From: Acidimicrobiales bacterium
GTDB taxonomy: Bacteria > Actinomycetota > Acidimicrobiia > Acidimicrobiales > UBA8190
Direction of reading: 5' to 3'
Assembly (NCBI GenBank): GCA_035623275.1
Contig: DASPTT010000080.1
Coordinates: 1 to 60,953 of the forward strand
Length of the DNA: 60,953 nucleotides
This document shows positions 45,083-54,722 of this stretch, piece after piece (positions within the stretch are counted from its first letter, which is position 1; the number at the start of each line of letters is the position of its first letter). Position numbers and translations under genes: made by a program. The notes beneath the pieces were generated by a model. That model made no database searches. It was given only the letters and a program-made list of their open reading frames with translations, and was not told where the DNA came from.

Positions 45083-46876
45083 ATGCCCCCCACCGCCAAC
45101 CGCAAGCTGCTCGCCTGGGTCGACGAGGTGGCCGCCCTCACCACCCCCGACCGGGTCGAATGGTGCGACGGGTCCGCCGAGGAATACGACCGCCTCTGCG
45201 AGCTCCTGGTCGAGGGCGGGACCTTCACCCGCCTGGCCGAGGCCAAGCGGCCCAACAGCTACTGGGCCCACTCCGACCCCGGCGACGTGGCCCGCGTCGA
45301 GGACCGGACCTTCATCTGCACCAAGAACGAGGCCGACGCGGGGCCCACCAACAACTGGCGGGACCCCGACGAGATGCGGGCCACGCTGGAAGGGCTGTAC
45401 CGGGGGTCGATGCGGGGCAGGACGATGTACGTCGTCCCCTTCTCGATGGGCCCCCTCGGTTCGCGCATCGCCCACATCGGCGTCGAGATCACCGACTCCC
45501 CCTACGTGGCCGTCTCCATGCGGATCATGACCCGCATGGGCGCCAAGGTCCTCGACGTCCTCGGCGACGACGGCGACTTCGTCCCGTGCCTGCACTCCGT
45601 GGGCGCGCCGCTCGAGGCAGGACGACAGGACGTGCCGTGGCCATGTGACGCCGAGAACAAGTACATCGTCCACTTCCCCGAGACCCGCGAGATCTGGTCC
45701 TACGGCTCGGGCTACGGCGGCAACGCCCTGCTCGGCAAGAAGTGCTTCGCCCTGCGCATCGCCTCGGCCATGGCCCGGGACGACGGCTGGCTAGCCGAGC
45801 ACATGCTGATCCTGAAGCTGACCGCGCCCGACGGCGAGGTGCGCTACGTCACCGGCGCGTTCCCCTCGGCGTGCGGCAAGACCAACCTGGCCATGCTCGT
45901 GCCCACCGTCCCCGGGTGGAAGGTGGAGACCATCGGCGACGACATCTGCTGGATGAAATTCGGGTCCGACGGCCGCCTCTACGCCATCAACCCGGAGGCC
46001 GGGTTCTTCGGAGTGGCACCCGGCACCAGCACCGAGACCAACGCCAACGCCATGGCGACCCTCCACAGCAACTGCATCTTCACCAACACGGCGCTGACCG
46101 ACGACGGCGACGTGTGGTGGGAGGGGATGGACGGCGAACCCCCGGCCCATCTCGTCGACTGGCGCGGCCAGGACTGGGATGCGGCGTCCGCCACGACCCC
46201 TGCGGCGCACCCCAACGCCCGCTTCACGGTGCCCGCGGAGCAGAACCCCGCGTGCGCGCCCGAGTGGGACGACCCCGCCGGCGTGCCCATCTCTGCCATC
46301 CTCTTCGGCGGGCGCCGCGCCGGCGTGGTGCCGCTCGTGACCGAGTCCTTCGACTGGGCGCACGGGGTGTTCCTCGGGTCGATCGTCGCCTCGGAGACGA
46401 CCGCCGCCGCCACCGGGGCCGTCGGCACGCTGCGTCGTGACCCCTTCGCCATGCTGCCCTTCTGCGGCTACAACATGGCCGACTACTTCGCCCACTGGCT
46501 CGCGGTCGGCGCCGCCACCAGCCCCGACAAGCTGCCCAAGATCTTCTACGTGAACTGGTTCCGCAAGGGCGACGACGGCACGTTCCTGTGGCCCGGCTAC
46601 GGCGAGAACTCCCGAGTGCTCGCTTGGGCCTTCGAGCGGGCCGCGGGGCGCGGGGAGGCCGAGGAGACGGCCATCGGCTTCGTCCCCGCACCGGGCGCCA
46701 TCGACACCGGGGGGCTCGAGGTGTCCAAGGAGGACATGGCGGAGCTCCTGCGCGTCGATGTCGAGGACTGGCGCGCGGAGGTCCCCGGGATCCGCGAGTA
46801 CTACGAACGCTTCGGCGACCGGTTGCCTGCCGCGCTCGCATCGCAGGTCGACTCGCTCGAGCAGCGACTGCGCTGA
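45083..46876 (+). CDS. pckG: phosphoenolpyruvate carboxykinase (GTP)
   Basis: 597 aa; [13 protein letters not shown] kinase-1a, GDDICWM, NWFRK motifs; AAGGAA RBS. Confidence 0.95.
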   Translation: MPPTANRKLLAWVDEVAALTTPDRVEWCDGSAEEYDRLCELLVEGGTFTRLAEAKRPNSYWAHSDPGDVARVEDRTFICTKNEADAGPTNNWRDPDEMRATLEGLYRGSMRGRTMYVVPFSMGPLGSRIAHIGVEITDSPYVAVSMRIMTRMGAKVLDVLGDDGDFVPCLHSVGAPLEAGRQDVPWPCDAENKYIVHFPETREIWSYGSGYGGNALLGKKCFALRIASAMARDDGWLAEHMLILKLTAPDGEVRYVTGAFPSACGKTNLAMLVPTVPGWKVETIGDDICWMKFGSDGRLYAINPEAGFFGVAPGTSTETNANAMATLHSNCIFTNTALTDDGDVWWEGMDGEPPAHLVDWRGQDWDAASATTPAAHPNARFTVPAEQNPACAPEWDDPAGVPISAILFGGRRAGVVPLVTESFDWAHGVFLGSIVASETTAAATGAVGTLRRDPFAMLPFCGYNMADYFAHWLAVGAATSPDKLPKIFYVNWFRKGDDGTFLWPGYGENSRVLAWAFERAAGRGEAEETAIGFVPAPGAIDTGGLEVSKEDMAELLRVDVEDWRAEVPGIREYYERFGDRLPAALASQVDSLEQRLR

Positions 46877-46904
46877 ACGCCGCTGAACGCCGCTCAACCG
46901 GCGC

Positions 46905-48422
46905 TCAGCCGGCGCGCGGCGGCGCTCGGTGCGCCAGGGCGCGCCGGCCCGTGGCGTAGGACACGGCCACCACACCCGCCATCACGGCGATGACGACGTC
47001 GCCCGCGGCCAGCGGCAGCGACGTGGCCACCGCCACGAGCGAGCCGACGACCCACACCAGCTGCAGACGGGTCTCGAAGCGCGCGAACGCCCGACCCTGC
47101 TCGTCCGTGGGCACGTAGCGTTGCACGAGCGCGTCGAAGGCAGGCTTGGCCGCGGCCGCGGCGAAGCCGAGGACGAAGGCCAGCGCCGCCTGCACCGCCA
47201 GCCCGCCGACGGCGGCGGCCACGCTGGCGGGCACGGCCACCAGCCAGACCGACGCGGTGAGCATCTGCTGTTCGCCGAAGAACCGCCGCACGCGCGGGAC
47301 GAGCAGGACGCCCACCACCGACCCGGCGAGGGACGCGGCCAGCACCGCCCCGTACCACCACGACGCCGCGTCCAGGCGCCGGAGGCTGAAGGCGAGCAGG
47401 AAGGTGAGGAAGCCGACCACACCCCGCAACAGGGACATGGCGCTGAGGGCGAGCGTGACCTCCGGGTGCACCGCGTAGCGCCCGCCCAGGGCCGCCAGCC
47501 GGTGGTGCTGGGGGCTCCGCCAGGCGGCCTCCCCCGGCGCGCCGGCCGGCGTGGGCCTTCCGGCGGTGGCGGCCCCGCCCTCGGCCCCGCCCCCGGCCTC
47601 GGCCACGGCGCCCGCCATGCCCGGCGCCCGGCCGAACGGGCGCTGCGCGCCGGCGCGCGCCCGCGCGATCGGGAGCCGCAACCCGGCCCACGCCATGGCG
47701 GCGAAGACGACGATGTCGAGCCGGAGCACCCAGGCCGCGCCGCCGACCACGTGCGTGTGGGTGAACGGGATGGGGACGTCGAGCTTCAAGACGGCCGCAG
47801 CCGGGAGCGCGGCCACCAGTGCGGACAGCGAGGACAGCAGGCCCAGGTGGGCGTTGAGGGCGGCCAGCTCCTCGTAGTGGACCGCCGGGTCGCCGGTCGC
47901 GCCCTCTGCCGCGTCCGCGCCAGCCCCGACACCGGCCTCGTGTGCCGAGCTCGGTGCCCCCATCGCCTCCGCCCCGGCGCCCCCCGCAGGTGGCTCGCCA
48001 CCGGGTGTGCGTCGCGCGAGCAGGGGGACGATGGCCCCTTTGGTCACGAGGTACACCTTCGACAGCACGAGCATGACGAAGGCCTCCGGGAACAGCAGGA
48101 GGCTGTGCACCCCCCGGGCCATGAGGAAGCACATGACGGCCCGGCCGAGGGCCGACAAGACCACCATGGCGCGCCGGGCGCCGCGGCTGCGGTCGATGAC
48201 GGGGCCGAGCAGCGGCGCCACCACTGCGAACGGCGCCATGGTCAGGGCCAGGTAGAGGATGACCTTGCCCTTGGCGGCGTGCGGCGAGATGTTGAAGAAG
48301 AGGGTGCCGGCGAGCGACACCGTGAGCAGCGTGTCGCCCGCGGTGGCCAGGACCTGGGTGAGGGCCAGGCGACCGAAGGGGGTCCGCTGGTCGAGGAGCT
48401 CGGCGAACGAGTCCCGGAGCAT
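46905..48422 (-). CDS. MFS transporter
   Basis: ~505 aa, 12+ predicted TM helices with long central loop; typical MFS motif around GPVIDRSRGAR. Confidence 0.75.
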   Translation of the reverse strand: MLRDSFAELLDQRTPFGRLALTQVLATAGDTLLTVSLAGTLFFNISPHAAKGKVILYLALTMAPFAVVAPLLGPVIDRSRGARRAMVVLSALGRAVMCFLMARGVHSLLLFPEAFVMLVLSKVYLVTKGAIVPLLARRTPGGEPPAGGAGAEAMGAPSSAHEAGVGAGADAAEGATGDPAVHYEELAALNAHLGLLSSLSALVAALPAAAVLKLDVPIPFTHTHVVGGAAWVLRLDIVVFAAMAWAGLRLPIARARAGAQRPFGRAPGMAGAVAEAGGGAEGGAATAGRPTPAGAPGEAAWRSPQHHRLAALGGRYAVHPEVTLALSAMSLLRGVVGFLTFLLAFSLRRLDAASWWYGAVLAASLAGSVVGVLLVPRVRRFFGEQQMLTASVWLVAVPASVAAAVGGLAVQAALAFVLGFAAAAAKPAFDALVQRYVPTDEQGRAFARFETRLQLVWVVGSLVAVATSLPLAAGDVVIAVMAGVVAVSYATGRRALAHRAPPRAG

Positions 48423-48557
48423 GCGCCCGAAACGCGCCGACACCTCGCGACCACGTCCTGGCACCGGGCCAATGCTACGGCCCGGTCACCGGCGCTCCGG
48501 CACCACTACGATGGCCGCAGGCCCTCAGCCGGGGCCGCGCCAGGGGAGGAGATGACC

Positions 48558-48794
48558 ATGCCGGTGACCGCGTACGTGCTCATCCAGACGGAGGTCGGCA
48601 AGGCGGCCCAGGTCGCGAAGCAGGTGGACGCGATCGAAGGCGTGACCTCCGCGGAGGACGTCACCGGTCCCTACGACGTGATCGTGCGCGCCGAGGCGGG
48701 CTCGGTCGACGACCTCGGCCGCATGGTGGTGAGCCAGATCCAGCTCATCGAGGGCATCACCCGCACGGTGACCTGCCCGGTGGTGAACCTGTAG
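48558..48794 (+). CDS. stand-alone Lrp/AsnC-type ligand-binding (RAM) domain protein
   Basis: 78 aa MPVTAYVLIQTEVGKA...VTGPYDVIVRAEAGSVDDLGRMV...; GGAGG 9 nt upstream. Confidence 0.65.
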   Translation: MPVTAYVLIQTEVGKAAQVAKQVDAIEGVTSAEDVTGPYDVIVRAEAGSVDDLGRMVVSQIQLIEGITRTVTCPVVNL

Positions 48795-48816
48795 GCCGGC
48801 GCCCGGCCGGCCCGCG

Positions 48817-49962
48817 TCAGTCGATCGCCCCCGACTTGCGCAGGGAGGCGATCCGCTCCTCGTCCACGCCCCAGTCGCCGAGCACCTCGTCGGCATGGAG
48901 TCCCGAGGGCGAAGGTGGCAGGGAGATGGACGCCGCAGTACGGCTGAAGCGGGGCACGGGCGCGGGCTGGCGGACGCCGGCGACCTCGACGAAGGTCTCG
49001 CGCACCGCGTTGTGGGGGTGCTCGTGCGCCTCCCATGGCGAGAGCACGGGCGCGCCGCAGGCATCGGTGCCCTCGAAGGCGGCCGCCCATTCGTCGCGTG
49101 TGCGCGTGCGGAAGATGGCCGCGAACCGCTCCTTCATGGCGCCCCACTGGGACCGGTCGTTCTGGGCGGGCAGCTTCTCGCCCTGCAGGCCCAGGACCGA
49201 GACGAGCTCGGCGTAGAACTGGGGCTCGATGGCCCCGATGGCGAACCACTTGCCGTCGGCCGTCTCGTACACCTCGTAATAGGGCGCGCCGGTGTCGAGC
49301 ATGTTGGCCGCCCGATCGTCGTTCCACATGCCCAGGTGGTGCATGGCGTGGGTCATGGTCATGAGCGACGCGGCGCCGTCCACCATGGCGGCGTCGACGA
49401 CCTGCCCCTGCCCGGAGCGTTGTGCCTCGACCAGCGCGGCGGCGATGCCGAACGCCAGGAGCATCCCGCCCCCGCCGAAGTCGCCCACCAGGTTGAGCGG
49501 CGGCACCGGCGGCTCACCGGCGCGGCCGATGGACCACAGCGCGCCCGACAGGGCGATGTAGTCGATGTCGTGCCCGGCGCGCAGGGCCAGGGGCCCGTCC
49601 TGGCCCCAGCCGGTCATCCGGCCGTAGACCAGCCGGGGGTTGCGAGCCAGGCAGTCGTCGGGACCGAGACCGAGGCGCTCGGCCACGCCAGGACGCCAGC
49701 CCTCCACCAGGGCGTCCGCCCGGGCCACGAGGTCGAGCACCAGCTCGACGCCGTCCGGGCTCTTGAGGTCGACGCCCACGGAGCGGCGGCTGCGGACGAG
49801 GAGGTCCCAGTGGGGCCCGGCGTCCGGTGCGGGGCGGCTTCCCGTGGCCCGGTCGATGCGCACGACCTCGGCACCCAGATCGGCGAGGAGCATGCAGGTG
49901 TAGGGGCCGGGACCGATCCCGGCAAGCTCCACCACGCGCACTCCCTCGAGCGGACCACCCAT
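48817..49962 (-). CDS. CoA-transferase family III (CaiB/BaiF; e.g. alpha-methylacyl-CoA racemase-like)
   Basis: 381 aa; GVRVVELAGIGPGPYTCMLLADLGAEV..GDFGGG..ETADG motifs. Confidence 0.85.
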   Translation of the reverse strand: MGGPLEGVRVVELAGIGPGPYTCMLLADLGAEVVRIDRATGSRPAPDAGPHWDLLVRSRRSVGVDLKSPDGVELVLDLVARADALVEGWRPGVAERLGLGPDDCLARNPRLVYGRMTGWGQDGPLALRAGHDIDYIALSGALWSIGRAGEPPVPPLNLVGDFGGGGMLLAFGIAAALVEAQRSGQGQVVDAAMVDGAASLMTMTHAMHHLGMWNDDRAANMLDTGAPYYEVYETADGKWFAIGAIEPQFYAELVSVLGLQGEKLPAQNDRSQWGAMKERFAAIFRTRTRDEWAAAFEGTDACGAPVLSPWEAHEHPHNAVRETFVEVAGVRQPAPVPRFSRTAASISLPPSPSGLHADEVLGDWGVDEERIASLRKSGAID

Positions 49963-50029
49963 GTCGCCTCCTCGTGCCCTGCGGCTCACCCGGCCGCCCA
50001 CACCCGGCCTGGGCCCGACCCGGCCGTCC

Positions 50030-50932
50030 TCACCCGGCGTCGGTCCGCCTGGCGAGGGCGACGATAGCGGTCACGAGCGTCGGCCAGGTGGCCGGAGGCA
50101 GCTCGTGGGCGACACCCGGGAGCACGACGAGCTCGGCCCCGGGCACGGCCTCGGCCGTCGCCCGGCCGCCGTCGGGCGGGACCATCGCATCGGCGTCGCC
50201 GTGCACGACCAGGGCCGGCAGGTCGAGGGCGCCGAGTGCGGCCGTGCGGTCGCCCGACACGAGCATGGCCACCAGCTGGCGGGCCACCCCGCCCGGCGGA
50301 TTCGCCCGCTCGGCACTGCGCACGGCGCGCGCACGGACGCGCGCCTCGTCGAAGGGGTAGGCCGGCGACGCGAAGCGTCGCGCCGTGGCGACCTCGCACT
50401 CGACCGGGTCGGGATAGGCGCGCGCCAGCGCCGCGAGCTCCTCCACGGTGCCGGGCGCCATCGCGCCGACACCCGGCGCGCCCGTCGTCGACATGACCGA
50501 GCACAGCGACCGCACCCGGTCGCGATGGGCGATGGCGACGCACTGCGCGATCATCCCGCCCATCGACATCCCGACGAGGTGCGCCCGCTCCACCCCGAGC
50601 CCGTCGAGCAGCGCCGCGGTGTCGTCGGCCATGTCCCACAGCGTGTAGGGGATGGGCGAGGGCTCGCCGCGCAGCACGGCGCCGACGTCGGGCTGGGGCA
50701 CGTCCTCGAACCACGTCGAGGCACCGACGTCTCGGTTGTCGAAGCGAACGACCTCGAACCCCTCGTCGGCGAGCATCCGGCACAGCGCGTCGTCCCACCA
50801 CTGGAGCTGCGCGCCGTGGCCGGCGAGGAGCACGATCATGGGATCGCCGGCGGTGCCGATCCGGTCCGCGCACAGCTCGACGTCGCCCGCGCGCACGAGG
50901 TCCACGGCCGGATGGTGGTCGGCCACGGACAC
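50030..50932 (-). CDS. alpha/beta hydrolase
   Basis: HG oxyanion motif (VLLAGHG), nucleophile elbow GMSMGG, C-terminal VVHGDADAMV; start GTG 50932 or ATG 50839. Confidence 0.7.
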   Translation of the reverse strand: MSVADHHPAVDLVRAGDVELCADRIGTAGDPMIVLLAGHGAQLQWWDDALCRMLADEGFEVVRFDNRDVGASTWFEDVPQPDVGAVLRGEPSPIPYTLWDMADDTAALLDGLGVERAHLVGMSMGGMIAQCVAIAHRDRVRSLCSVMSTTGAPGVGAMAPGTVEELAALARAYPDPVECEVATARRFASPAYPFDEARVRARAVRSAERANPPGGVARQLVAMLVSGDRTAALGALDLPALVVHGDADAMVPPDGGRATAEAVPGAELVVLPGVAHELPPATWPTLVTAIVALARRTDAG

Positions 50933-50980
50933 CGGGTCAAGCGGCACCCCGGGCGCTGCGGCACGTGCCATGCTCGACCG

Positions 50981-52033
50981 ATGCCACCCGAGGCCGAGCG
51001 GACCGTCCGGGCCTTCTGCCCCGGACGGGTGAACCTGATCGGCGACCACACGGACTACAACCAGGGCCTCGCCCTGCCCATGGCGATCGACCTCGGGACC
51101 GTCGTCACCTTCACCGGCGAGGAGGGGTACCGCGTGGTGCTTCGCTCCGCCGGTGAGCCCGAGCCGGCGGACGTCGACGTCCACGTGCCCCTCGATCCCG
51201 CGCAGCTCCAGGCGATCGAGCCCCGCTGGGCCCGCTACGTGGCGGGCGTGGTCGCGGTCGTGCGACCCTTCACCGGCGGTCGAGGCACGGTCGAGACCAA
51301 CCTGCCAGTGGGCGCCGGACTGGGATCGAGCGCCGCGCTGGAGGTGGCGTTGTCCCTGGCCCTGGGGTTCGAGGGCGAGCCCCTGACCATGGCCCGCACG
51401 TGCCAGCGCGCCGAACAGGCGGCCACCGGGGTGCCCACGGGGCTCATGGACCAATGGGTCGTCACCGGGGGCGTCGACGGCTGCGCGCTGCTCCTCGACT
51501 TCGGGGCCATGGCGAGCGCGCCGGTGGCCATGCCCGAAGGCGCGGAGGTCGTCGTGGTGCACTCGGGCGAGCGGCGCAGGCTCGACCGCTCGGGCTACTC
51601 GGCGCGTCGGGCGGAGTGCGAGGCCGCCGCGTACCACCTCGGGCCCCTGGGCCAGCTCGACGTCGAGGCGGTCGGCTCGATCCGCGATCCCGTCCTTCGC
51701 CGCCGGGCCCGGCACGTGGTCACGGAGTGCGACCGGGTCCGGTGGTTCGCGCGCGCCTTGCTGGAGGGCAACCTCGAGGACGCCGGCCAGCACATGACCG
51801 CGAGCCACGTCAGCCTGGCCCAGGACTTCGAGGTCTCGACGTCCGCGCTGGACGAGCTGGTCGGCCGCCTGGTGGTCATGCCCGGCGTCTACGGCGCGCG
51901 TCTGACCGGCGCCGGGTTCGGCGGCTGCGCCGTGGCGCTGACCGAGCCCGGCGCGGTGGACCTCATCGCGCTGAAGAACCCCGGTTGGCGCGTCCGGCCG
52001 TCGGCCGGTGCCCACCTCATGTCGCGCGGCTGA
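50981..52033 (+). CDS. galK: galactokinase-like GHMP kinase
   Basis: 350 aa; GRVNLIGDHTDYN galactokinase signature, PVGAGLGSSAALEVA GHMP motif. Confidence 0.85.
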   Translation: MPPEAERTVRAFCPGRVNLIGDHTDYNQGLALPMAIDLGTVVTFTGEEGYRVVLRSAGEPEPADVDVHVPLDPAQLQAIEPRWARYVAGVVAVVRPFTGGRGTVETNLPVGAGLGSSAALEVALSLALGFEGEPLTMARTCQRAEQAATGVPTGLMDQWVVTGGVDGCALLLDFGAMASAPVAMPEGAEVVVVHSGERRRLDRSGYSARRAECEAAAYHLGPLGQLDVEAVGSIRDPVLRRRARHVVTECDRVRWFARALLEGNLEDAGQHMTASHVSLAQDFEVSTSALDELVGRLVVMPGVYGARLTGAGFGGCAVALTEPGAVDLIALKNPGWRVRPSAGAHLMSRG

Positions 52034-52092
52034 CACCTCCGCGGGCGGCCGCCGGCCACCGGCGGCACGCCGCCGGTCGGTAGCATCGGCCC

Positions 52093-52788
52093 GTGCCGCC
52101 GGTCCCGCTAGAGCACGTCGACCTCCCCGCCGTCGGTCGCCGGGCGGCGGTGACCGAGCAGCTGCGGATCGCCATCCTGACGGGCACGCTGTTGCCCGGC
52201 GAAGTGCTGCGGGAGTCCGCGCTGGCCGCGTGGCTCGGCGTGAGCGTCACCCCGGTGCGCGAGGCGGTCGCCCGCCTGGTGGGCGAGGGGCTCGTGGAGG
52301 ACGACGGCCGGGGGCCCAAGCGAGTCTGCGGGCTGGACCGGGAGACCGCGTTCGGGATCATCGACGTCGTCAAGGCCCTGTCGCTCACCGCCATCACGTG
52401 GGCGTTGGCGCGCATCACCGACGAGGAGCTGGCGCCGATCCGCGACGCGTCCGCCGGCTTCACCGCGGCACTGTCCTGTGGCGATGTCGACACGGCCGTG
52501 GCCGACGTGGACCGGTTCTGGCAGCTGCTGTACTCGGCCGCCCACAACCCCACGCTCGACGACGTCCTCGAGTCGGTGCGCATGAAGATGGTCCGCGTCG
52601 TCTGGCTCTATTCGGCGCCCACCATGTACCCCGAGTACCTCGACGACCACCGCCAGAACCTGCAAGACATCGAGGACCGGAACGCCGCGGGCGTCATCGC
52701 CCGCCTCGGCCGTCGGCTCGACGCCATCCGCACCGCCATCGCCGATGCCGCCGAGGCCCCGTGGGGCGACAGGCAAGGCGGGCCCTAG
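52093..52788 (+). CDS. GntR-family (FadR/FCD subfamily) transcriptional regulator
   Basis: 231 aa; N-terminal wHTH (LPGEVLRESALAAWLGVSVTPVREAV) and FCD C-terminal domain. Confidence 0.8.
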   Translation: MPPVPLEHVDLPAVGRRAAVTEQLRIAILTGTLLPGEVLRESALAAWLGVSVTPVREAVARLVGEGLVEDDGRGPKRVCGLDRETAFGIIDVVKALSLTAITWALARITDEELAPIRDASAGFTAALSCGDVDTAVADVDRFWQLLYSAAHNPTLDDVLESVRMKMVRVVWLYSAPTMYPEYLDDHRQNLQDIEDRNAAGVIARLGRRLDAIRTAIADAAEAPWGDRQGGP

Positions 52789-53498
52789 AGGCGGCGCAGG
52801 AGCTCGGCCTTCTTGTCGGCGTACTCCGCGTCGGTGAGCAGGCCGCGGCTGCGGAGCTCGTCGAGCTGCGCCATGGCGTCGACCACCGGACCGCCCCGCG
52901 TCGCCGCGGGCACGCCGGTGGGCGGGGTCCGGTGCTCGGCCGCCTCGGTCCACCCGCCATTCGACGCACCCCCGCCCGCCGCGGGCCGGGCCGCACCCGG
53001 GATCGCGGTCGGACCGCGGCCGTAGAGCTCCGCCGTCTGCTCGGAGATGATCCGCTGGACGACGTCCGGGCGGCGCAGGCAGCGATAGACGATGACCCCG
53101 GTGCGCCCGGGGACCTCGATGAAGACGGTGCCGACCCGGAACAGCCGGTCGAGGATGGTCTGGTGGTAGGAGATCTGGTTCACCGCCTCCAGCCGCACCT
53201 CGTCGGCACGTCGTGAGAACACCCCCCAGCGCTCGACGATCCGGTTGGTGGTGACGACGATGCTCGTCGACATCCAGCGGGCGACGCGCCCGAGCAGCCA
53301 CAGCGCGGGGACGAGGACGACGACTCCGAGGACGTACGACACCCCGACGGGCGCATGGGGAAAGGCCACGATCACCGAGATGGCCAGGGCCAGCGCGGCG
53401 GCCGTGGCGATGAGGGGCCAGCCCAGGAAGATCCAGTGCGGCCGCAGCTCGACGACGACCTCCTCGCCGTCGAAGAGGAGGCGTCGTGGGAAGGGCAC
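52785..53498 (-). CDS. bacterial PH-domain (YdbT-like) membrane protein with C-terminal SHOCT domain
   Basis: 237 aa; two TM helices, bPH_2 core, C-terminal AMAQLDELRSRGLLTDAEYADKKAELL SHOCT motif. Confidence 0.65.
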   Translation of the reverse strand: MPFPRRLLFDGEEVVVELRPHWIFLGWPLIATAAALALAISVIVAFPHAPVGVSYVLGVVVLVPALWLLGRVARWMSTSIVVTTNRIVERWGVFSRRADEVRLEAVNQISYHQTILDRLFRVGTVFIEVPGRTGVIVYRCLRRPDVVQRIISEQTAELYGRGPTAIPGAARPAAGGGASNGGWTEAAEHRTPPTGVPAATRGGPVVDAMAQLDELRSRGLLTDAEYADKKAELLRRL

Positions 53499-53545
53499 CG
53501 CCCCAACCTACCGTCGGCAGCGGCCCGGTCGCGGCCCGGCGCCGG

Positions 53546-54667
53546 TCAGGCCAGCTTGGCCGCGATGGCGCCCGCGCCGCGCAGGACGGTGCCGTCCGCG
53601 CCCGCCGCGGAGTACCGGGCGGCGGGCCGCGCCGCCGCCTCGTCCACCATGGTGTCGAGCAGGTCGATGAACGGCACCGGCGGGTCGACCCACAGGTACT
53701 TCGCCAGCGACCCGGGGATGGTGTTCACCTCGTTGAGGTAGACGTCCTCGCCGTCGCAGAGGAAGTCGATCCGGGCCACGCCGCGTACGTCGGCGAACCT
53801 GGCCACCTCCAGCGCGCATCGACGGACCGTCGACGCCGCCCGGTCGCCGAGCGCCGCCGGCAGCTCGCGCGGCGCGCTGGCCATCCCGTGCCCGCCCACG
53901 TACTTGTCGTGGTAGCCGAGGATCTCCCCCGAGCTGCTCGTGCGCAGGGGCCGCTCGACGGCGGACAGCGCGAGCGCCGGCCAGGCGCGCACCGCCACGT
54001 TGACGTCGAAGAGCTCGGCGCGATACGGCTCGACGACCGCACCGCGGCGGAAGTGGGGGCCGACCTCCAGCTGCGCCTTCGCGGTGGCCAGGTCCGCCAC
54101 CACCTGGATGCCGATGGACGAGCCCCCGAAACGCGGCTTCATGATGTAGGGACCGCCGAACCCGACGTCCTCGGTGCCGGCATGGACCAGGCGCCGTGGC
54201 AGCACCGGCAGGCCGGCGGCGTCGGCCACGCCGGCGAAGGCCAGCTTGTCCATGCCCAGCGCGGCGCCGGCGACGTTGGGACCGGTGTAGGCGATGCCGG
54301 CGAGGTCGAGCGCCGCCTGCAAGGTGCCGTCCTCGCCGGGGCCGCCGTGACAGCAGTTGACCACCACGTCGAACGCGAGCGACCGGGCGCGCCCGAGGCG
54401 GCCGGTGCCGGTGGTGAACCCGCCCCCGTCGCCGGCGGTGAGCCGGAGCGCCTCGGCGCCGCGGGGGACGCCGTCGACGAACGCATCGGCCTCCAGCGTC
54501 GGCTCGACGAGATACCACCCGCCGGCCTTTGACCAGTACAGACAGGACACGGCGCGCCCGGCACGCGCCAGCTCGTGCGAGGTGAGGAGTCCCGTCAGGA
54601 TGCTGACGTCGTGCTCGGGCGACGGTCCACCGAAAGCGACGGCGATCTTGGCGGTGGACGCGCTCAC
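53546..54667 (-). CDS. ddl: D-alanine--D-alanine ligase
   Basis: 373 aa; IAVAFGGPSPEHDVS, NCCHGGPGEDGTLQ, ATP-grasp EVNTIPG motifs. Confidence 0.9.
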   Translation of the reverse strand: MSASTAKIAVAFGGPSPEHDVSILTGLLTSHELARAGRAVSCLYWSKAGGWYLVEPTLEADAFVDGVPRGAEALRLTAGDGGGFTTGTGRLGRARSLAFDVVVNCCHGGPGEDGTLQAALDLAGIAYTGPNVAGAALGMDKLAFAGVADAAGLPVLPRRLVHAGTEDVGFGGPYIMKPRFGGSSIGIQVVADLATAKAQLEVGPHFRRGAVVEPYRAELFDVNVAVRAWPALALSAVERPLRTSSSGEILGYHDKYVGGHGMASAPRELPAALGDRAASTVRRCALEVARFADVRGVARIDFLCDGEDVYLNEVNTIPGSLAKYLWVDPPVPFIDLLDTMVDEAAARPAARYSAAGADGTVLRGAGAIAAKLA

Positions 54668-54722
54668 GACAGGCTCCCGGTTCGTCGGCAGGGGCCGGCG
54701 CCACGGGCGTCCGGTCCGCCGG

